Part shown: positions 60,297-64,000 of the stretch, piece by piece
How the letters are laid out: each line of letters begins with the position of its first letter
How positions within the stretch are numbered: the first letter of the stretch is position 1
Origin: Acidobacteriota bacterium
Lineage (GTDB): Bacteria; Acidobacteriota; Terriglobia; Terriglobales; SCQP01
Assembly: GCA_004299485.1 (NCBI GenBank)
Contig: SCQP01000002.1
Coordinates: forward strand, 232,966-296,965
DNA length: 64,000 nucleotides
Direction of reading: 5' to 3'
Notes under the pieces: generated by a model
Seen by the model: the letters and a program-made list of their open reading frames with translations, nothing else
Databases searched by the model: none
What the model was told of the DNA's origin: nothing
Program-made: the position numbers and the translations under genes

Positions 60297-61544
60297 ATGG
60301 AATTTTTTCGCGAAACTGACATCGATTTTCTGGGGAAGAAGTGGTATTTCCTCACCGTAACCATGGTTCTGTTCGTGATTGGCATGGTTGCGCTGGCGAT
60401 CCACCACGGACCGGTTATGGGGACCGATTTTACAGGCGGCACGGAAATGGACATCAAGTTCAGCCAAACTGTGCCCACTGCCAAAATTCGTAGCGCCTTG
60501 GGCGCCGCCAAGCTCGGCCAGGTGACCATCGAGCCCGTCGGTCGCGCCGGTTCGGATGAAATCCTGATCTCTTCACCGCTCTCTTCGCTCAACCAGGCTG
60601 ACCTGGAAAAAAGCAAGGACGATATCCTCGGCATTCTCTACGGGGTCCTGGACGTCAACGCCCAGGGCAAGCAGGACTTGAACAACGTCGGCGTGTCTTC
60701 CTTCACCGCCTGGCTTATGCAGAAGGACCCCTACGGCTATATCGGCCTCGGCGAGCAAGCCGCGCAGACCCGCTATCAGGCGCTGGCTACCGAGCTGCTC
60801 TCGACCCGCCGCGATAAGCAGTACGGCGGCCTGCTGCCCAGCTTCAACGCGCTGGCCGTCGCGCCCGGCAGTCCGCAAATCGCGCAGCAGGCCAGCCAGA
60901 GTTTCTTCCTCGCGCCCTTTTCCGTGCGCTCCACCAGCATCATCGGTCCGCAGGTGGGCTCGCAGTTGCGCGGCCAGGCGCTGCGCGCCGTGCTCTATTC
61001 TCTGGCGGCGATGCTGATTTATATTGCATTCCGCTTCGAGTTCATTTATGGTTTGGCGGCAGTGGTAGCCGTATTTCATGATGTGCTGATCACGCTTGGC
61101 ATGTTTGCGCTGGTCCGGCTACCCATTGACTTGACGGTTGTGGCGGCATTTTTGACCTTGATCGGCTACTCCATGAACGACACCATCGTCGTCTTCGACC
61201 GCGTGCGGGAGAACCTGCCCATCATGCGGCGTGACAGGTTGCCGAATATCGTCAATCGCAGTATTAATCAGACCTTGAGCCGGACCGTGCTGACCTCCGG
61301 TTTGACCTTCCTGTCCGTGCTGGCATTGCTGGTCCTGGGCGGTCAGGCGTTGCGCGGTTTTAGTTTCTGTATGACGTTCGGTATTTTAGTGGGTACGTAT
61401 TCTTCGATTGCGGTGGCGGCGCCGATGATGGTGGCTTACATCGAATGGCGCAATCGCCGGCAGCGTCCGCTGCGTGCCGCTGCCTTGAGTGGCTCGCGCA
61501 GCGCTGCGCCTGTGGGCCGCAAGCTGGAAAAAGTGGGGCGTTAA
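60297..61544 (+). CDS. secF: Protein translocase subunit SecF
   Basis: IDFLGKKWYFLTVTMVL, GTDFTGGTEM, GYSMNDTIVVFDRVREN. Confidence 0.93.
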   Translation: MEFFRETDIDFLGKKWYFLTVTMVLFVIGMVALAIHHGPVMGTDFTGGTEMDIKFSQTVPTAKIRSALGAAKLGQVTIEPVGRAGSDEILISSPLSSLNQADLEKSKDDILGILYGVLDVNAQGKQDLNNVGVSSFTAWLMQKDPYGYIGLGEQAAQTRYQALATELLSTRRDKQYGGLLPSFNALAVAPGSPQIAQQASQSFFLAPFSVRSTSIIGPQVGSQLRGQALRAVLYSLAAMLIYIAFRFEFIYGLAAVVAVFHDVLITLGMFALVRLPIDLTVVAAFLTLIGYSMNDTIVVFDRVRENLPIMRRDRLPNIVNRSINQTLSRTVLTSGLTFLSVLALLVLGGQALRGFSFCMTFGILVGTYSSIAVAAPMMVAYIEWRNRRQRPLRAAALSGSRSAAPVGRKLEKVGR

Positions 61545-61571
61545 CCGCGGCAGGGGCCGCAGGGGGAACTC

Positions 61572-62285
61572 ATGTTCGAACAAAGTTTGGTCGAGACCAC
61601 GCGCAAGGCCAGCACCAAAAAGACGCTGACCATGTTGGCCACCCTGGTGGTCGAGGTGGTCGTCCTGGCGATTGTGGCGATCGTTCCACTGATCTACTAC
61701 AACGTGCTGCCGGCCTCCTCCATGACGGCCTTTCTCAACGCGCCGCCGCCTCCTCCTCCTCCCCCTCCTCCTCCTCCTCCCATGCCGAAAATCGTAGTGC
61801 ACCGGCTGGTCAGCGTAGTCAACACCAACAATCAGCTCATCGCGCCACGCAAAATTCCCGAGAACATCGCCCACATCGTCGACCAAGGCGCGCCCCCGCC
61901 GGTCACCTCGGCCGAGCTGTCCGGCCCGCCCAGCTCCGTCCTTAGCGGCTTGATCCACACCGCGGCCGCGCCGCCGCCACCGCCTCCACCGTCCAAACCG
62001 ATTCCCGTCGGCGGTGACGTACAGGCCGCGCTTTGTATAAGCTGTCCCACGCCGCAGTATCCGCCCATTGCCCGTCAAGCTCACATTCAAGGTTCGGTGG
62101 TCCTGCAGGCCCTCATCGGCAAGGACGGACGGGTGAAATCGTTGCAAGTCCTCAGTGGCAACGCCATGCTCGTGGGCGCGGCCAAAGATGCGGTGCTGCA
62201 GTGGCGCTACCACCCTCTGACTCTGAACGGCCAGGCGATGGAAGTGACTACGACCATTACCGTGAACTTTAACCTCGGTGGTTAG
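61572..62285 (+). CDS. tonB: Energy transducer TonB
   Basis: N-terminal anchor, poly-Pro spacer (13 consecutive P), and the C-terminal TonB_C string YPPIARQAHIQGSVVLQALIGKDGRV. Confidence 0.88.
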   Translation: MFEQSLVETTRKASTKKTLTMLATLVVEVVVLAIVAIVPLIYYNVLPASSMTAFLNAPPPPPPPPPPPPPMPKIVVHRLVSVVNTNNQLIAPRKIPENIAHIVDQGAPPPVTSAELSGPPSSVLSGLIHTAAAPPPPPPPSKPIPVGGDVQAALCISCPTPQYPPIARQAHIQGSVVLQALIGKDGRVKSLQVLSGNAMLVGAAKDAVLQWRYHPLTLNGQAMEVTTTITVNFNLGG

Positions 62286-62288
62286 CGT

Positions 62289-62320
62289 CTGACAGACCGA
62301 CAGACCGTAAGACCGACAGA
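62289..62320 (+). repeat. Period-8 array CTGACAGA CCGACAGA CCGTAAGA CCGACAGA between tonB and exbB
   Basis: Read directly. It begins 4 nt after the tonB stop and lies 36 nt upstream of the exbB ATG. Confidence 0.85.
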
Positions 62321-62356
62321 CTTTAATTTCAAACGTCCGAAAGGAAACTGACCCTC

Positions 62357-63079
62357 ATGCTTTACGCAATGTTCATGTGGCTGCAAAGCGGCGAAATGCA
62401 ATCCGGCGCCCTCGGCATGTGGCGCACTATGGGCTGGCCGGCCCGCGCCGTCGTCATCGTGCTCTTCATCATGTCGGTGCTCTCCATCGCCGTCATGGTC
62501 GACCGCTATCTGCGCTATCAAAGCGCCAAAAAGGAATCCCGCGTCTTCGCCCCCAAGGTGGCCGGCGCCCTCAAGCAGGGCCGCCTCGATGAAGCCATCA
62601 AGGTCGCCGAAGTCCACAAGAAGAGTCACTTGGCCAAGGTGGTCAGTGCTGGCTTGGGTGAATTCCAGGCGCATCAGGGCACCACGGAAATCAGCGGTGA
62701 CGAAATCGAAGCCTCCCAGCGCGCCCTGTCTCGCGCCCAGGCGATTGAGCACAACGAGCTCAAACGCGGCCTCGGCATGCTGGCCACGGTGGGTGCGACG
62801 GCTCCGTTCGTCGGACTGTTCGGCACCGTGCTCGGTATTATCGACGCCTTTACCAGCATCAGCGTCGAGAAGACCACCGGTCTGAGCGCCGTCGCCGGCG
62901 GTATTTCCGAAGCTCTGGTCACCACCGCTATCGGTCTGATCGTCGCCATCCCCGCCGTCTGGGCCTACAACTACTTCAGCGGCAAGGTGGATGCGTTCGA
63001 TATCGAGATGGACAACTCCGGCAGCGAGCTGCTCGATTACTTCCTCAAGCAGATGGGCCGCACCACGGCACGCAAGTAA
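62357..63079 (+). CDS. exbB: MotA/TolQ/ExbB proton-channel protein
   Basis: LATVGATAPFVGLFGTVLGIIDAF and ISEALVTTAIGLIVAIPAV. Confidence 0.9.
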   Translation: MLYAMFMWLQSGEMQSGALGMWRTMGWPARAVVIVLFIMSVLSIAVMVDRYLRYQSAKKESRVFAPKVAGALKQGRLDEAIKVAEVHKKSHLAKVVSAGLGEFQAHQGTTEISGDEIEASQRALSRAQAIEHNELKRGLGMLATVGATAPFVGLFGTVLGIIDAFTSISVEKTTGLSAVAGGISEALVTTAIGLIVAIPAVWAYNYFSGKVDAFDIEMDNSGSELLDYFLKQMGRTTARK

Positions 63080-63145
63080 CACGCCGGCCAGCGGACGGAC
63101 GTTCCGTTCGCTGGCCGACGCGCCTAGAGCAAAGGAGGAAACCCA

Positions 63146-63592
<447 letters not shown>

Positions 63593-63606
63593 GAGAGGAG
63601 TTCGCT

Positions 63607-64000
63607 ATGTCAATGTCCGTGGGGGGCAGCAAGGGCGGCCCCAGTAAAGACATCAATATCACCCCGCTGATCGACGTCATGCTGGTGCTGATCATCATCT
63701 TCATGGTGATTCAGCCGTTGCATCCGAGCGGCTTGCATGCGCTCGTGCCGCAACCCAACAAGTCGAAGCAACCCAAGACCAGCCAGCGCACCATCGTGGT
63801 GCAGGTGCTCGATCACGGCTTGGTCAAAATCAATCAAACTCCAGTCACCTGGGACACGCTCGGGCCCGAGCTATCGGCTATTTACAAAACCCGCGCGGAG
63901 AAGGTGCTCTTCGTCAAGGGGGACAACGACATTCCCTTTGCCCTGATCGCCCACGTCATTGACATCACCAAGGGCGTGGATCCCTCGATCACCGTCGGAA
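63607..64000 (+). CDS. exbD: Second ExbD/TolR paralogue, 3' end cut by window edge
   Basis: Not in the ORF track because there is no stop before the window end. ATG 63607 gives MSMSVGGSKGGPSKDINITPLIDVMLVLIIIFMVIQP...VLFVKGDNDIPFALIAHVID. Confidence 0.85.
   Translation, partial: MSMSVGGSKGGPSKDINITPLIDVMLVLIIIFMVIQPLHPSGLHALVPQPNKSKQPKTSQRTIVVQVLDHGLVKINQTPVTWDTLGPELSAIYKTRAEKVLFVKGDNDIPFALIAHVIDITKGVDPSITVG

Noticed and set aside
61741-61782. CCT/CCG trinucleotide repeat as a separate repeat element
   Set aside because: It is simply the coding sequence of the TonB poly-proline spacer.

Overview
High-GC bacterial chromosomal segment. The protein families present (remnant of an ADOP-type duplicated FtsX permease, many Asp-box/BNR and sortilin-like secreted proteins, TPR/CarboxypepD_reg proteins) suggest Acidobacteriota; this is inference only. 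I support about 58 protein-coding genes, 3 pseudogenes or gene remnants, and no rRNA, tRNA or CRISPR. Housekeeping blocks: class-V aminotransferase plus serA-like; lysS, a Hcy-methyltransferase/MTHFR fusion and an rfaE2-like gene (translationally coupled); alaS; mreD-mrdA-rodA; an RNase E/G with a roughly 310-aa disordered insertion inside its S1 domain; pdxS-pdxT-glgC; folE; metB-like; nfeD-SPFH-SPOR; queD-queE-queC; tgt-yajC-secD-secF; tonB-exbB-exbD-exbD. Accessory regions: (i) 10.8-13.4 kb holds hicBA, a lower-GC two-gene orphan cassette, an internally deleted permease pseudogene and a Zn-ribbon XRE regulator. (ii) 21.4-30.8 kb holds a same-strand cluster (AraC-HTH, a frameshifted Tat-PAP2/haloperoxidase-like gene, an unclassifiable 877-aa anchored protein, HEAT-like proteins, a duplicated gene fragment) that converges on an ECF sigma/anti-sigma pair. 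The most unusual sequence-level signal is a population of short tandem 7-8-nt repeat arrays with a CTG/CAG core, similar in kind to cyanobacterial STRR heptamers. Exactly four CTGTAAA-type units abut the start codons of three unrelated genes that lack an SD (alaS, queD, an 80-aa ORF). CAGGGGC arrays lie inside tgt and across the TPR/nfeD junction, where a one-unit change would frameshift or fuse ORFs. GCTGAT/ACTGA arrays form inverted pairs at gene 3' ends. All functional calls come from reading the translations by eye; no database search was run.
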